Numbered from the stretch's first letter, positions 50,259 through 60,790 are shown. The stretch is DNA of 64,000 nt from Candidatus Gottesmanbacteria bacterium (GCA_963714095.1 OY970230.1:959907-1023906); one strand, 5' to 3'. Made by a program: numbers and translations. The notes: a model not told the origin generated them from the letters alone.

Positions 50259-51218
50259 ATGATGACACTTGGGGATATTTATACAAAAGCACTTGAAATG
50301 GGAATAAAGGCGGACCCTAGGGGAGAAGCCGGGGTTAAAAAATTATTGGCGCGGAAGAAAAAAGAATTTGAGGATTTGCCCAGAAGACTGAAAGCGGAAT
50401 ATGACAGCGAGGATTTGGTGAATCCGTATTCCGATTCCCGGATAATTCTGGGTGATAAAAAGTTAAAAGTCGATAAAATTTTAGCAGGCATCGATATGGA
50501 TGCTTCCGAAGTCCTTTTGGCCGACCGCCTCAATCAAAAAGGGGAGGGTATTGATCTGCTTCTTTCCCATCACCCCGAGGGCGGCCCCTTGGCGGCACTG
50601 CATGAGGTCATGGACGTGCAGGCGGATCTCATGGCCAATTACGGGGTGCCTATAAATATTGCCGAAGGACTTATGGCAGACCGGATCGGTGAAGTGAAGC
50701 GCCGGTTTAGTCCTGTCAACCATAATCAGTCTGTGGATACGGCACGGCTTTTGGGTTTTGCGATGATGTCAACTCACACGATCACGGATAATTTAGTGTA
50801 CCAATTTCTTGAAGACGTATTCCATAAAAATTACTGTGAAACAGTCGGTGAGGTGTTAGCGGAACTGAAAAAAATCCCTGAATACAAAGAAGCGATGAAG
50901 GGGAAAGCGGGCCCCATGATCGTTGCCGGGACTGCCGGCAGCCGCGCCGGAAAAGTGGCTCCTTTGGATATTACAGGAGGCACAGAGCCATCGGCCACGG
51001 TCTACGAAAAACTTGCTGATGCCGGGGTCGGAACGATTATCGCCATGCATATGGGCGAGGAACACAGAAAAGAATGTGTAAAACATCATATCAATCTGGT
51101 CGTTGCAGGCCACATGAGTTCCGATAGCATCGGGATGAATTTGTTGCTGGATGAAATCGAAAAACAAGATGTAAAAATAATTCCCTGTTCCGGCCTTATC
51201 CGTGTGCGAAGGCCATGA
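50259..51218 (+). CDS. Nif3-family dinuclear-metal protein (YqfO-like)
   Basis: 'LLLSHHPEGG' HHP motif and a C-terminal 'VVAGHMSSD'. The SD 'aggagg' lies upstream. Confidence 0.55.
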   Translation: MMTLGDIYTKALEMGIKADPRGEAGVKKLLARKKKEFEDLPRRLKAEYDSEDLVNPYSDSRIILGDKKLKVDKILAGIDMDASEVLLADRLNQKGEGIDLLLSHHPEGGPLAALHEVMDVQADLMANYGVPINIAEGLMADRIGEVKRRFSPVNHNQSVDTARLLGFAMMSTHTITDNLVYQFLEDVFHKNYCETVGEVLAELKKIPEYKEAMKGKAGPMIVAGTAGSRAGKVAPLDITGGTEPSATVYEKLADAGVGTIIAMHMGEEHRKECVKHHINLVVAGHMSSDSIGMNLLLDEIEKQDVKIIPCSGLIRVRRP

Positions 51219-51508
51219 ATAGATTCGAGAACGGTCAATTCGCCGGCGCGACCTGGGGAGTCATCGAAGGTCAGATTAAAAGAGTTCATTTTATAGTGAA
51301 CAGCGAGCATCCGGACGGGCATTTATTGATAGGTAGTACTGCATTTCTGAATAAATTGGTAAAAACTATTTACTCTCCGCTTCAGGTTCCTGTTAAAGTG
51401 AAATTTGTCGAAAATTCAGTCAAGGGTGACATGCCCTCATTAGAGGATATTCGTTTATCTTGGGAAGATTTTAAACCGACGGAAGATTATTTTCCGCCGT
51501 TACCGTAG
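51215..51508 (+). CDS. hypothetical protein
   Basis: 97-aa ORF, ATGA-coupled to the preceding gene. Confidence 0.4.
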   Translation: MNRFENGQFAGATWGVIEGQIKRVHFIVNSEHPDGHLLIGSTAFLNKLVKTIYSPLQVPVKVKFVENSVKGDMPSLEDIRLSWEDFKPTEDYFPPLP

Positions 51509-51973
51509 AAGAAGAAGGAAAAACGCAACAGCGATGACCTGAGTGATGAGCCCGAACGGAAGATCAGTTTTGGAGTGAACCATATTTTCCCGGTGGTAAA
51601 TGCGGTAGCTCAGGCTTTCCCAGAATCCGGCTTTTTTGGAAACACCGGTATGTTTATTTTTTGCGAAAAAGATATACCACGGTGCTTCCAGCCAGTCGGG
51701 AAGCTCGCCGGCGATGATGCAGGAGAGGAGTAGTGGTGTTTCAACCTTTCCACGGAACAGAAAATATGCTAGCGTAATACCAAATACTGTTTCTCCGATT
51801 GCGAGTGCTCCGGTCATTGTTTTTGAGCGCGAACGCCAATCGGTGCCAATGTCCCAATGCGGGACGGCATCCATGATAAAATGAGACGTTATGGCAAGAG
51901 GTATGGCAAGATACGGGTTCGGAACGGCGCGGGCGATAGCCGCGGATACAAGAGCGTGAGCTGTAGCAGTCAT
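51500..51973 (-). CDS. hypothetical membrane protein
   Basis: Several TM helices. No family recognised. Confidence 0.45.
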   Translation of the reverse strand: MTATAHALVSAAIARAVPNPYLAIPLAITSHFIMDAVPHWDIGTDWRSRSKTMTGALAIGETVFGITLAYFLFRGKVETPLLLSCIIAGELPDWLEAPWYIFFAKNKHTGVSKKAGFWESLSYRIYHRENMVHSKTDLPFGLITQVIAVAFFLLLLR

Positions 51974-51993
51974 CTAACTATTGTAACAAACAT

Positions 51994-53253
51994 ATGACAA
52001 CTGATGCAAATGGGCATGCGCACAAGACGTCGTATTCGGAAGTACTGACCGTCCGGCCGTTCCGCGTTCTGTGGTTTGCACAAATATTTTCACAGCTTGC
52101 CGTTAATACGCTTCTTTTCGTGTTAGCGCTCCGTATTTATCAGGATACCAGGAGTAACGCCGCAGTTTCAGGTCTGTTTTTGGCGTACGGAATTCCCAGC
52201 GTCCTTTTCGGCATGGTTGCAGGAACTGCGGTTGACCATTTGGACAAACGCAGAGTCCTTATGTATTGCGATATCCTGCGGGGGGCACTCGTACTTTTAC
52301 TCATATTCGTTTCAAGAAACATTTTTCTTGTCTATATTGTGATGTTTATCAATGCGGTTATTACCCAATTTTATGTTCCCAGCGAGGCGCCGCTTATTCC
52401 GAAACTCATCCCCGACAGCCTTCTAATTCCTGCAAACAGTTTATTTTCCTTCACGTATTACAGCAGTCTCGCCGTTGGAACCGTGTTGTCAGGGCCACTT
52501 CTTCTGGGATTGGGCCCTCAGTGGATTTTTCTTTTCATCAGCGTATTGTTTTTTGTCGCCGTTGCGTTTGAGTCGCATCTTCCGTCTCAGGCGGCAAATG
52601 TATTCGGATTTACGAGTATATTCCGGTATCAGGTGGGCCATATCGTTTCACGGACGTTTGAGGAACTTTTTGAAGGAATCCGGTACGTACGGCAAATTCC
52701 GGCACTCCTGGACAGTTTACTCCTGTTAACCGGTACGCAAATTATCTTCGTGATGTTGGGAACGCTTGGGCCCGGATTTGCGGATAAGGTATTGCACATC
52801 GATGTGCGTGACGCGTCTCTTTTTATCGTAGGTCCCGCAGTCTTAGGTATCATTGCGGGCGCTCTGTGGGTTGGAACGTTCGGCTATAAACTGAAACCCG
52901 GCCGTCTTATTAAGACGGGTGTCGCGGGAGCAGGCGTCATACTTCTTTTGATTTCTTTTACCGTCCGGATTCATGTAGCCCTCGCTCTCGCTATGCTGCT
53001 GTTTTTCTTTCTGGGGGTTTCCAATAGCTTGTTGGATTCTCCGGCAAACAGCGTTTTGCAGGAAGAGGCAAAAGGCTCGATGCGCGGACGCGTGTACGGT
53101 ATGCTCACGGCAGCTGTGGGCGGAGTCGGCATTTTACCCGTCATTATCGGCGGAGTACTGGCAGACATCCTGGGTGTCGATCGCGTGATTTTTTTGCTGG
53201 GGTTGGTAGTACTTACGTACGGCGTCTTCCGGATGAAGTATAATAAAGAATAA
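51994..53253 (+). CDS. MFS transporter
   Basis: About 12 TM helices and an MFS loop 2-3 motif 'GTAVDHLDKRRVL'. Confidence 0.75.
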   Translation: MTTDANGHAHKTSYSEVLTVRPFRVLWFAQIFSQLAVNTLLFVLALRIYQDTRSNAAVSGLFLAYGIPSVLFGMVAGTAVDHLDKRRVLMYCDILRGALVLLLIFVSRNIFLVYIVMFINAVITQFYVPSEAPLIPKLIPDSLLIPANSLFSFTYYSSLAVGTVLSGPLLLGLGPQWIFLFISVLFFVAVAFESHLPSQAANVFGFTSIFRYQVGHIVSRTFEELFEGIRYVRQIPALLDSLLLLTGTQIIFVMLGTLGPGFADKVLHIDVRDASLFIVGPAVLGIIAGALWVGTFGYKLKPGRLIKTGVAGAGVILLLISFTVRIHVALALAMLLFFFLGVSNSLLDSPANSVLQEEAKGSMRGRVYGMLTAAVGGVGILPVIIGGVLADILGVDRVIFLLGLVVLTYGVFRMKYNKE

Positions 53254-53256
53254 TCT

Positions 53257-54066
53257 ATGCATCCATTACTCATGACAATCGGCCCGTTTCATCTCTATAG
53301 TTTCAGCGTCTTTTTGGTTGTTGCGTGGCTGGTGTTTTCTTTCCTCTTTTGGCGGGCTCTGCGGGCGCAGGGTGTCGCGGAAAATCATATTTTTAATCTG
53401 ACGTTTTACAGTACACTTTCTTCTTTTTTGGTTGCCAGAGTTGTGTTTGTTTTCCTTAACATGGATTTATTCCGGGAAACTCCTTTAAAGATTGCCGCAC
53501 TTTGGGTTCAGCCGGGGATGTCGCTTTACGGAGGACTTATCGGGGGACTGTTGATTCTTATTCTCCTGTGCCGCACATATAAAGTGCGCGTCGGGTACGT
53601 ATTGGACGCATTCGGCCCGGCATTCGGGGGCGCATTTATCGTCGGGACTATTGGAGCACTACTGGACGGCACGTACGTCGGGAGAATTACAAACCTTCCC
53701 TGGGCTGTTCGGTTTGTGGGACACCTCGGTAAACGGCATCCTGTGGAGGTCTACGAAGTCGTGGCGATGATTGGCATCCTGCTTTTTCTTGCGCTTATGG
53801 CACGCCGCGGGGCGCAAAAAAAATGGCCGTACGGACTTCTCGGATTGTGGTTTTTCTCGGTAAGTAGTGTTTTCATGTTCCTCCTTGAATTTTTTAAAGA
53901 TACTCGTGTATACTTTAATACGCTGCGCGCCAATCAGTGGATTCTTATCGCGATATTTGCGGAAACGATCGGCGCGTTTTATGTTCGGGGAGGGGGACGG
54001 GAGAGAGTCCGGCCGCTCGTTAACCGACTGAAACACTATGCAAAATTTTCCAAGCGAACTGCTTGA
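53257..54066 (+). CDS. lgt: prolipoprotein diacylglyceryl transferase
   Basis: 'VQPGMSLYGGLIGG' Lgt signature. Confidence 0.8.
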   Translation: MHPLLMTIGPFHLYSFSVFLVVAWLVFSFLFWRALRAQGVAENHIFNLTFYSTLSSFLVARVVFVFLNMDLFRETPLKIAALWVQPGMSLYGGLIGGLLILILLCRTYKVRVGYVLDAFGPAFGGAFIVGTIGALLDGTYVGRITNLPWAVRFVGHLGKRHPVEVYEVVAMIGILLFLALMARRGAQKKWPYGLLGLWFFSVSSVFMFLLEFFKDTRVYFNTLRANQWILIAIFAETIGAFYVRGGGRERVRPLVNRLKHYAKFSKRTA

Positions 54067-54403
54067 ACAACTGCGCCTTCATCTTGAAGATGAAAAAAAG
54101 AAACTTATTGCACAGATGAGTGATTTATCCGCGCAGGATCCGTTTTCCGATCCTGACCGCGCAAACGGCAATGCCGCATCCGATTCCGAAGCCAATGAAG
54201 AATCCAGTCACGACCGGTATGCCGCGATGCTGGATGAGCTGAAAGGTAAGTTGTCGGATATCGACGCGGCTCTCGCGCGTATCAGCGACGGGTCGTATGG
54301 ATTCTGTACTAATTGCCGTCAGATGATTGATACGGACCGTCTTGCAATTTTACCCACCGCGACGCTTTGCCTTTCGTGTGAACAAAAGAAGAAGGGAAAA
54401 TAG
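54038..54403 (+). CDS. DksA/TraR-family C4 zinc-finger protein
   Basis: C-terminal 'CTNCRQ...CLSCE', preceded by a coiled coil. Confidence 0.7.
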   Translation: MQNFPSELLEQLRLHLEDEKKKLIAQMSDLSAQDPFSDPDRANGNAASDSEANEESSHDRYAAMLDELKGKLSDIDAALARISDGSYGFCTNCRQMIDTDRLAILPTATLCLSCEQKKKGK

Positions 54404-54407
54404 TTTC

Positions 54408-55136
54408 ATGGATATCCCCATACTCTTCGAAGATGATGTGATGATCGCGATCAATAAACCACCCGGAATAGTCGTAAATCGCGCCGAGTCGGTGAAAGGG
54501 GAAACGGTGCAGGATTGGATGGGGGAGCACTATCCTTTTGATAAAACTAAGCAGACTGAAGAAACGAAAGATTTTTTTGACCGGGCCGGAATTGTGCACA
54601 GAATAGATAAGGAAACTTCGGGAATTCTACTCATTGCCAAAACTCCTATAGCATTCACCGAGCTTCAGCGGCAGTTTAAAGAACGGATTATCCATAAAAC
54701 ATATCTGGCTGTCGTGCACGGAGTGTTGGTTCCCGAAACCGGTGAAATTAGGGCGCCGGTTGCACGCCTTCCGTGGAACAGGGAGCGCTTTGGTATTGTG
54801 CCGGGCGGTAAAGAATCCGTGACCAAATATAAGGTGGTGCAACTGTTTGAACGAACGCAGGGAAAACAATCAGAAAAATATTCCTTCGTAGAAGTATATC
54901 CGGAAACGGGCCGCACCCATCAGATTCGTGTACATCTCAAATATGTCAATCACCCTATTGTGGGTGATTATCTCTACGCGGGCCGTAAAACCGCGAGGGA
55001 CGACCGTACATGGGCGAAGCGAGTGATGTTGCATGCATGGCGTCTCACCTGTATTCATCCCACGACGGGGAAGACTCTTGCAATCGAGGCGCCGATACCG
55101 GATGATATGAATGGTATCATCCATGGACGCACATAG
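54408..55136 (+). CDS. RluA-family pseudouridine synthase
   Basis: 'HRIDKETSGILLIAKT' catalytic Asp motif. Confidence 0.85.
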   Translation: MDIPILFEDDVMIAINKPPGIVVNRAESVKGETVQDWMGEHYPFDKTKQTEETKDFFDRAGIVHRIDKETSGILLIAKTPIAFTELQRQFKERIIHKTYLAVVHGVLVPETGEIRAPVARLPWNRERFGIVPGGKESVTKYKVVQLFERTQGKQSEKYSFVEVYPETGRTHQIRVHLKYVNHPIVGDYLYAGRKTARDDRTWAKRVMLHAWRLTCIHPTTGKTLAIEAPIPDDMNGIIHGRT

Positions 55137-56853
55137 CTTATCACTCATTTCGACATTGCTTCTCGTATTTTCCGCTGCCATTATCGGCGGCGTGATTGCC
55201 AAAATGCTAAAAATCCCGATGCTTCTCGGGTATATTGCAGCGGGCATAGTATTCGGAAATGTATTTCCGCGTGCCACAGATGCCGTGTTTTTGAAGGGTA
55301 TCGGCGACGTCGGCGTTACGCTGCTCCTGTTTACCTTAGGTGTTGAATTTTCCTTTCACAGGCTGAAAAAACTCATGGGTACTCTGCCATGGGCAGCAAT
55401 CACCCAGATTGTGCTGTGTATCCTATTATTTTTATTCTTAACGATGATGCTGGGATTTCCGTTTTTGGCGGCTTTGGTGATTGCAATCGCCGGGTCGCTT
55501 TCTTCAACCGCAGTCATCGTAAAAGTACTTTCTGAGCGGGGGGAACTGGATACAGTACCGGGCGAAGTGATGACCGGATGGTCGGTACTCCAGGATTTAG
55601 CAGTTGTCCCGATTATGATTTTGTTGCCGGTTGTTATCACAAGTGCTAGTCAAGGGGACATTACGATTCCTTTATTGGTAAGTTCACTTGCCATCGGCAT
55701 GCTGAAGGCAGCAGTCGCTCTTGCGCTCATTCTTGTTTTAGGCAAAACTATAATGCCCAGGGCGCTGGGGAAAGTAGCGACTCTCGGAAGCCGGGAAATA
55801 TTCATGCTTGTGACGGTGGGACTGGTTTTTTTGTCCGCAATGACAACATACCTTCTCGGTCTGTCGGCTGCCCTCGGTGCGTTTGTGGCGGGACTGCTGA
55901 TTTCCGAGACGAGTGAAAATCATGCGATTTTTGCGGAAGTCCGGCCGCTGCGGGATTTGTTTGTCGTCGTCTTTTTCGTTTCGATCGGTATGGGAATACC
56001 GGGGAGTTATGTCCTTCGGTCTGCAGGGACTATCCTCCTTCTTGCTATCGCCATTTTGGCTATTAAATGGTTTGTCGTCATGGGACTCATGCGCTTTATG
56101 GGATATCACCGCAAAACGTCCTTTCTTGTTGCGGTCGGTCTTACGCCCATGAGTGAATTCGGGTTTATCATTGCCAGCCAGGGGTGGTCTTTGGGAGCCC
56201 TGACCCGCGACCAATACACTCTTTTGGTTGCCCTTACGTTCGTTACTATTTTAGTGGCGACGCCGTTTTTTTCCCGGGGTCACGGGTTGTATTATGGACT
56301 TCACACGTGGCTAGATAAATATATTCCCAAGTTTTTTCATACATCGCGCGAGCCTGCAGAAGAAAAAGACGGGCTTCCGTACCGCGATCATATTATTCTC
56401 TGCGGGTACGGCAGGGTGGGGAAATATATCGGGCGCGCACTTCTGATGGCCGGGATCCCGTTCGTCGTTGTTGACTACAATAACGCAACCATTGCGGAGC
56501 TCCGGTCTAAAGGCATCCCGGTCGTGTACGGAGATCCGGCGGATAAAAACGTACTGGAGTTTGCCCGGGTCGACGTAGCACGTGCCGTCATTATTGCCAT
56601 TCCGGACCTGCACACACAGGAATTGGTGATAACCCATGCACAGACCCTAAACCGCCGGATCAAAATTATCTGCCGGACGCATCACGAGGAGGATCAGAAA
56701 TATCTGAAATCCTTGGGCGTCACTGCCGTCATCCAGCCGGAGTTTGAAGCGGCACTTGCAATCGTCGAGCGACTGTTGCCGTCCTTCGGTGTTGCCGGCA
56801 CAGACGTCTCGGGCGAAATCTCCCGTCTCAAAATCGAACACGGAGTAGGGTAA
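55123..56853 (+). CDS. CPA2 cation:proton antiporter with a C-terminal RCK/TrkA-N domain (Kef-type)
   Basis: Has about 12 TM helices, and 'IILCGYGRVGKYIG' is a Rossmann GxGxxG motif. Confidence 0.8.
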   Translation: MDAHSLSLISTLLLVFSAAIIGGVIAKMLKIPMLLGYIAAGIVFGNVFPRATDAVFLKGIGDVGVTLLLFTLGVEFSFHRLKKLMGTLPWAAITQIVLCILLFLFLTMMLGFPFLAALVIAIAGSLSSTAVIVKVLSERGELDTVPGEVMTGWSVLQDLAVVPIMILLPVVITSASQGDITIPLLVSSLAIGMLKAAVALALILVLGKTIMPRALGKVATLGSREIFMLVTVGLVFLSAMTTYLLGLSAALGAFVAGLLISETSENHAIFAEVRPLRDLFVVVFFVSIGMGIPGSYVLRSAGTILLLAIAILAIKWFVVMGLMRFMGYHRKTSFLVAVGLTPMSEFGFIIASQGWSLGALTRDQYTLLVALTFVTILVATPFFSRGHGLYYGLHTWLDKYIPKFFHTSREPAEEKDGLPYRDHIILCGYGRVGKYIGRALLMAGIPFVVVDYNNATIAELRSKGIPVVYGDPADKNVLEFARVDVARAVIIAIPDLHTQELVITHAQTLNRRIKIICRTHHEEDQKYLKSLGVTAVIQPEFEAALAIVERLLPSFGVAGTDVSGEISRLKIEHGVG

Positions 56854-57004
56854 TGTTACTGAAAATTATATAGTATTGTTAAGCCTTTAAAATCGCTCGT
56901 AAATTTTGCCGATTAAGCGACTGAGTAACGTAATCGTTTGCTTCAGCCAATATAGCAGCGCGCGCATATTCCCAATCAGGACAAGCTTTTGTCAATCCAG
57001 GACG

Positions 57005-57013
57005 TGCTAAAAT
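57005..57013 (+). promoter_or_regulatory. extended -10 promoter TGcTAAAAT, 7 nt before the tgt ATG
   Basis: The consensus match implies a leaderless transcript. Confidence 0.4.
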
Positions 57014-57020
57014 AGGGGAT

Positions 57021-58157
57021 ATGGTCAGATTTAGCTTCGAGCAGCTTCAGACAGATAAAAAAACACAGGCGAGGACGGGGATAATCCATACGTCGCACGG
57101 CGATATCCAAACCCCCGCATTTGTGCCGGTGGGGACGCAAGCGTCAGTCAAGAGCCTCACACCTGAAGAATTGGATACAATTGGTGTTCAGTTGTTTTTC
57201 GTCAATACGTATCACATGTACCTGCGGCCGGGGATTGAGGTCGTCAAAAAAGCCGACGGGCTACACAAATTTATGCATTGGAATAAGCCGCTGATGACGG
57301 ATTCCGGGGGATTCCAGGTTTTTTCGCTGGCACGGAAAGCATCGCTGGTAAAAATATCCGACGATGGTGTCGAATTTCAGTCCCATTGGGACGGTACGAA
57401 ACACGTTTTTACGCCGGAAAGTTCCATGAAGTGGCAGCACGCACTTGGCAGTGATATGCATATTGCGTTTGATGACTGCACGCCGTACCCGGTGACTCAT
57501 GAAAAAGCAAAACAGTCGATGGAGCGGACGCACCGCTGGGCAGTTCGAAGTCTGAAAGAGCATAAAAAAATAAATAAGAAACATATGCTATTTAAAAAAC
57601 CGTACCAAGCTTTGTACGGATCTATTCAGGGAAGCGTTTATAAAGATCTTCGGCAAGAATCAGCAAAATTTATCAGCGGGATGGATTTTGATGGCATTGC
57701 CATAGGTGGTGTGTCGGTGGGGGAAAGCAAAAAAGAAATGGTTCGGGTGCTGGACTGGGTGACGCCGCTTTTGCCTGAGGATAAACCCCGCCATTTGTTG
57801 GGGGTGGGGGAGATTGACGATATTTTTATGATGATCGGGCGCGGGATTGACACGTTTGACTGTGTTCAGCCCACCCGGCTGGCCCGCGTCGGAACGCTGT
57901 ATGAAAAACACTCGCAGATTGATATTACAAAATCGTGTTACGCAACAGATTTTGTGCCGATAGAGACTGGCTGTGCCTGTTATACGTGTACAAATTTTAC
58001 ACGCGCGTACGTTCATCACCTGTTTCATGTTAAAGAACTTCTGGGGTACCGGCTGGCGACGATTCACAATCTTCATTTTATCCACCGGCTCGTTGACGAT
58101 ATCCGCAAAAGTATTGTCAATCATTCATTTCTTGAACTCTCGCGCGCCTGGGCTTAG
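57021..58157 (+). CDS. tgt: queuine tRNA-ribosyltransferase
   Basis: 'MTDSGGFQVFSL' and a C-terminal zinc site 'CACYTC...H'. Confidence 0.9.
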   Translation: MVRFSFEQLQTDKKTQARTGIIHTSHGDIQTPAFVPVGTQASVKSLTPEELDTIGVQLFFVNTYHMYLRPGIEVVKKADGLHKFMHWNKPLMTDSGGFQVFSLARKASLVKISDDGVEFQSHWDGTKHVFTPESSMKWQHALGSDMHIAFDDCTPYPVTHEKAKQSMERTHRWAVRSLKEHKKINKKHMLFKKPYQALYGSIQGSVYKDLRQESAKFISGMDFDGIAIGGVSVGESKKEMVRVLDWVTPLLPEDKPRHLLGVGEIDDIFMMIGRGIDTFDCVQPTRLARVGTLYEKHSQIDITKSCYATDFVPIETGCACYTCTNFTRAYVHHLFHVKELLGYRLATIHNLHFIHRLVDDIRKSIVNHSFLELSRAWA

Positions 58158-58181
58158 AATACAAAGAGGAGGAATAAAACT

Positions 58182-58331
58182 ATGCCGTCATTTGGAGATT
58201 ATACCAACGAGAAAAAAAAGAAACTGAAAAAATCAGTGCTGGAAAAGAAGGCATTGAAACAAATGGTAGGAGCGGGCGCATGGCAAATGCCGCAGGTGGA
58301 AATTATCAAAAAGGGCAAGAAAGACTGGTAA
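58182..58331 (+). CDS. 49-aa Lys-rich small protein, below the ORF-track cutoff
   Basis: A strong SD 'aagaggagg' sits 9 nt upstream. 'MPSFGDYTNEKKKKLKK...KKGKKDW'. Its stop overlaps the next ATG (TAAATG). Confidence 0.45.
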   Translation: MPSFGDYTNEKKKKLKKSVLEKKALKQMVGAGAWQMPQVEIIKKGKKDW

Positions 58332-59276
58332 ATGATCGGGAGACGCAGAAATTCAAGATCCCTCGCGGGATTGTTTTTACTTTTTGCCATTCTTGCTTTC
58401 GCGGTCTGGATTTTTTTTCCACGGCAGGAAAATCCCTATGGCAGGGAAACATACATCATCGTCTCCGATCCGATGGTTGTTGTGTCGTGGAGTCATTCCG
58501 ACGGGACACTTACCCTTATTTCAATACCTGCCGATATTGCTTCGGAAGGAACACACGGATACGGCACCTATTCGCTTGCTGCGTTTTGGCGGCTCGGGGA
58601 AATAGATAAAAAGGACGGGACGGTACTTTCCGAGTGTATCAGTGAAGCGCTCGGTATTCCCATCGATGGGTATATAGGTCCGAAAACCGGTATGTTTTCT
58701 GGCGGGGTCGACACATTTACCACCGCCAAGACGATGTTTTCATTACAACATAGCTTCGGGGTTTTCAGCGGTCAATATCGGACAAATATTCCGCTGCGGA
58801 AATTTACCGGATTAGCATGGCTTTTCCATTATTCCCGTCCTGACCGCGTGAACACGTATGATTTTACAGGGAATCAGTCCGCGGTAGCGGAAGATGTGGT
58901 ACTGCCTGACGGTTCGACTCAGTGGGTGCTTGATCCCCAGCGCATCGATAGTGAACTTACGAGCGTATTTGAAGATGACTCCGTGCGGCTCGAATCGGTA
59001 ACAGCTGCCGTTTACAATACGACGGATATGCCGTCACTCGGAAATAGAGTAGGCAGGCTTTTGACCAATCTCGGCGTTTCGGTTGTGACCGTTGGCAATG
59101 ATACGCCCCAGGTTGATAGGTGTGAAGTGACGGGAAGTAGCAGGGCACTCAAAAGCAAAAGCGCCGGCGTTATCGTTGCAGTACTTGGATGCAAACGTGT
59201 CGTAGGGGTGGGAAGCCGCGCAGATCTCATTGTCCGAATCGGCTCCGCCTACGCCAAACGGTTCCTTCCGAATTAA
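58332..59276 (+). CDS. LCP (LytR-CpsA-Psr)-like membrane-anchored protein
   Basis: N-terminal TM, then 'TLTLISIPADI...LGIPIDGYI', colinear with the LCP core. The conserved RSDT Arg is replaced (SHSDGT). Confidence 0.5.
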   Translation: MIGRRRNSRSLAGLFLLFAILAFAVWIFFPRQENPYGRETYIIVSDPMVVVSWSHSDGTLTLISIPADIASEGTHGYGTYSLAAFWRLGEIDKKDGTVLSECISEALGIPIDGYIGPKTGMFSGGVDTFTTAKTMFSLQHSFGVFSGQYRTNIPLRKFTGLAWLFHYSRPDRVNTYDFTGNQSAVAEDVVLPDGSTQWVLDPQRIDSELTSVFEDDSVRLESVTAAVYNTTDMPSLGNRVGRLLTNLGVSVVTVGNDTPQVDRCEVTGSSRALKSKSAGVIVAVLGCKRVVGVGSRADLIVRIGSAYAKRFLPN

Positions 59277-59278
59277 TG

Positions 59279-60022
59279 TTACGTTTCGGCAGGTTCATCA
59301 GGGGCTGCTTCGTCAGCGTCTTCGCCGGTGGGGGTCATGTCCGGCGTTTCGCGGGTTCCGGATTTTGCAAACGATACATAGCTTGTTGTACTGGTAAATG
59401 AGGGTTGCTTGGCGAACTTTTTCCCGCGCGTTAGCTCCCGCAACATCACCTTGACTGATTTTTTGTCAACTCCTTTAACAATTGCCTGGTATGTATTGCC
59501 GCCGGCCATCATTTTATTGAGTTTAAATGACATGTCATCCGGAAGCGCCGCAACATAAGTACTACTGCTGGTGCGCACCTCAATGCAATGATTTTTCGGT
59601 CTAAGAAAGACTTCCTGTCCGGCAGACAACGTCGAGAGGACATGGGTAGGCGCTACGTGGACACACTCGACGATTTTTGTTTTGCCAGGTTCCTCCAAAA
59701 AAATCATCGGCGACATAAACGTGGCTGCCTCATTGGCCATGTCTTTTTTCTTCAGCGACGTCATTTTCTTCAGATTTTTGGTTGCAATTTGATTATATTT
59801 ATCTAATGCGAGTACTTTCTGGTAGGTGCGTTTTGCCGCTAAAAGTTGGCCGGTTTTGAGGTATGCAAATGCCAGGCGGCACAATGCCTCAAGGTCATTT
59901 CTGTCGGATTTCAGGATCGCAAGATTGACGCGGATAGCCTCTTTCCAATCCTGGGCAAGTGCGGCGGCAATTGCATTTTCCGCCGTCGGATGATCGGATA
60001 TCATAGTGGGCAGTGTACCCAT
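59279..60022 (-). CDS. TPR-repeat protein
   Basis: N-terminal TPR-like helices. The start is taken at 'MGTLPT' to avoid the divergent yebC. Confidence 0.5.
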   Translation of the reverse strand: MGTLPTMISDHPTAENAIAAALAQDWKEAIRVNLAILKSDRNDLEALCRLAFAYLKTGQLLAAKRTYQKVLALDKYNQIATKNLKKMTSLKKKDMANEAATFMSPMIFLEEPGKTKIVECVHVAPTHVLSTLSAGQEVFLRPKNHCIEVRTSSSTYVAALPDDMSFKLNKMMAGGNTYQAIVKGVDKKSVKVMLRELTRGKKFAKQPSFTSTTSYVSFAKSGTRETPDMTPTGEDADEAAPDEPAET

Positions 60023-60062
60023 TTCTTGAGAAAAGTCAATAGAGGAAGTAGAATAGGTCCAT

Positions 60063-60782
60063 ATGAGCGGGCATTCCAAATGGTCAAAGGTGAAACATCA
60101 GAAAGCAACGACCGATGTGGTAAAAAGTTTTGCATTTACCAAAGCATCGCGCGCGATAGCGGTTGCGGTCCGCGAGGGCGGGGGAATTACGGATCCCACC
60201 ATGAATTTTCATCTGCGGCTTGCAGTCGAAAAAGCTCGCGACGTGAACATGCCAAAAGAAAATATTGAGCGTGCTATTGCGAGGGGGGCAGGAGAAGGTG
60301 GATCTGCCTTAGAACAAATTATGTATGAAGGATACGGCCCCGGCGGTGTTGCCATCCTTATTGAGGCTACGACGGATAATCGGCAGCGAAGTGTTTCTCA
60401 GATAAAAAACGTTTTGGAACGTGCCGGCGGAACTCTTGCCTCACCGGGAGCGGTTCTCTTTCAATTTATACGGCGCGGAGTTCTCACTGTTCCAAAGCAG
60501 GGGATTACGTATGACGCGCTGCTCTCTGCCGCGTGTGACGCCGGGGCCCAGGATGTTGTGGAAACCACGGACTTATTTGAAATATATACGCAGGACGGGA
60601 CATTGCCCGCGGTGAAACAATCGCTCGATGCATTAAAAATTCCGATTGAAAATACGGCGCGCATCATGCATCCCACAGCACCTATATCGGGGGACGACGC
60701 GCTGCACGTAAAAATAGACGACCTGGAAGCATCACTGGAAGAGTTGGACGATGTGCAAATGGTATTCACCAATCTTCTGTAA
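60063..60782 (+). CDS. yebC: YebC/PmpR-family transcriptional regulator
   Basis: 'MSGHSKWSKVKHQKA' invariant N-terminus. Confidence 0.9.
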   Translation: MSGHSKWSKVKHQKATTDVVKSFAFTKASRAIAVAVREGGGITDPTMNFHLRLAVEKARDVNMPKENIERAIARGAGEGGSALEQIMYEGYGPGGVAILIEATTDNRQRSVSQIKNVLERAGGTLASPGAVLFQFIRRGVLTVPKQGITYDALLSAACDAGAQDVVETTDLFEIYTQDGTLPAVKQSLDALKIPIENTARIMHPTAPISGDDALHVKIDDLEASLEELDDVQMVFTNLL

Positions 60783-60790
60783 CCTAAACT

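Noticed and set aside
56988-57013. -35 TTGTCA paired with the tgt extended -10
   Set aside because: The spacer is only 13 nt. The extended -10 alone is retained.
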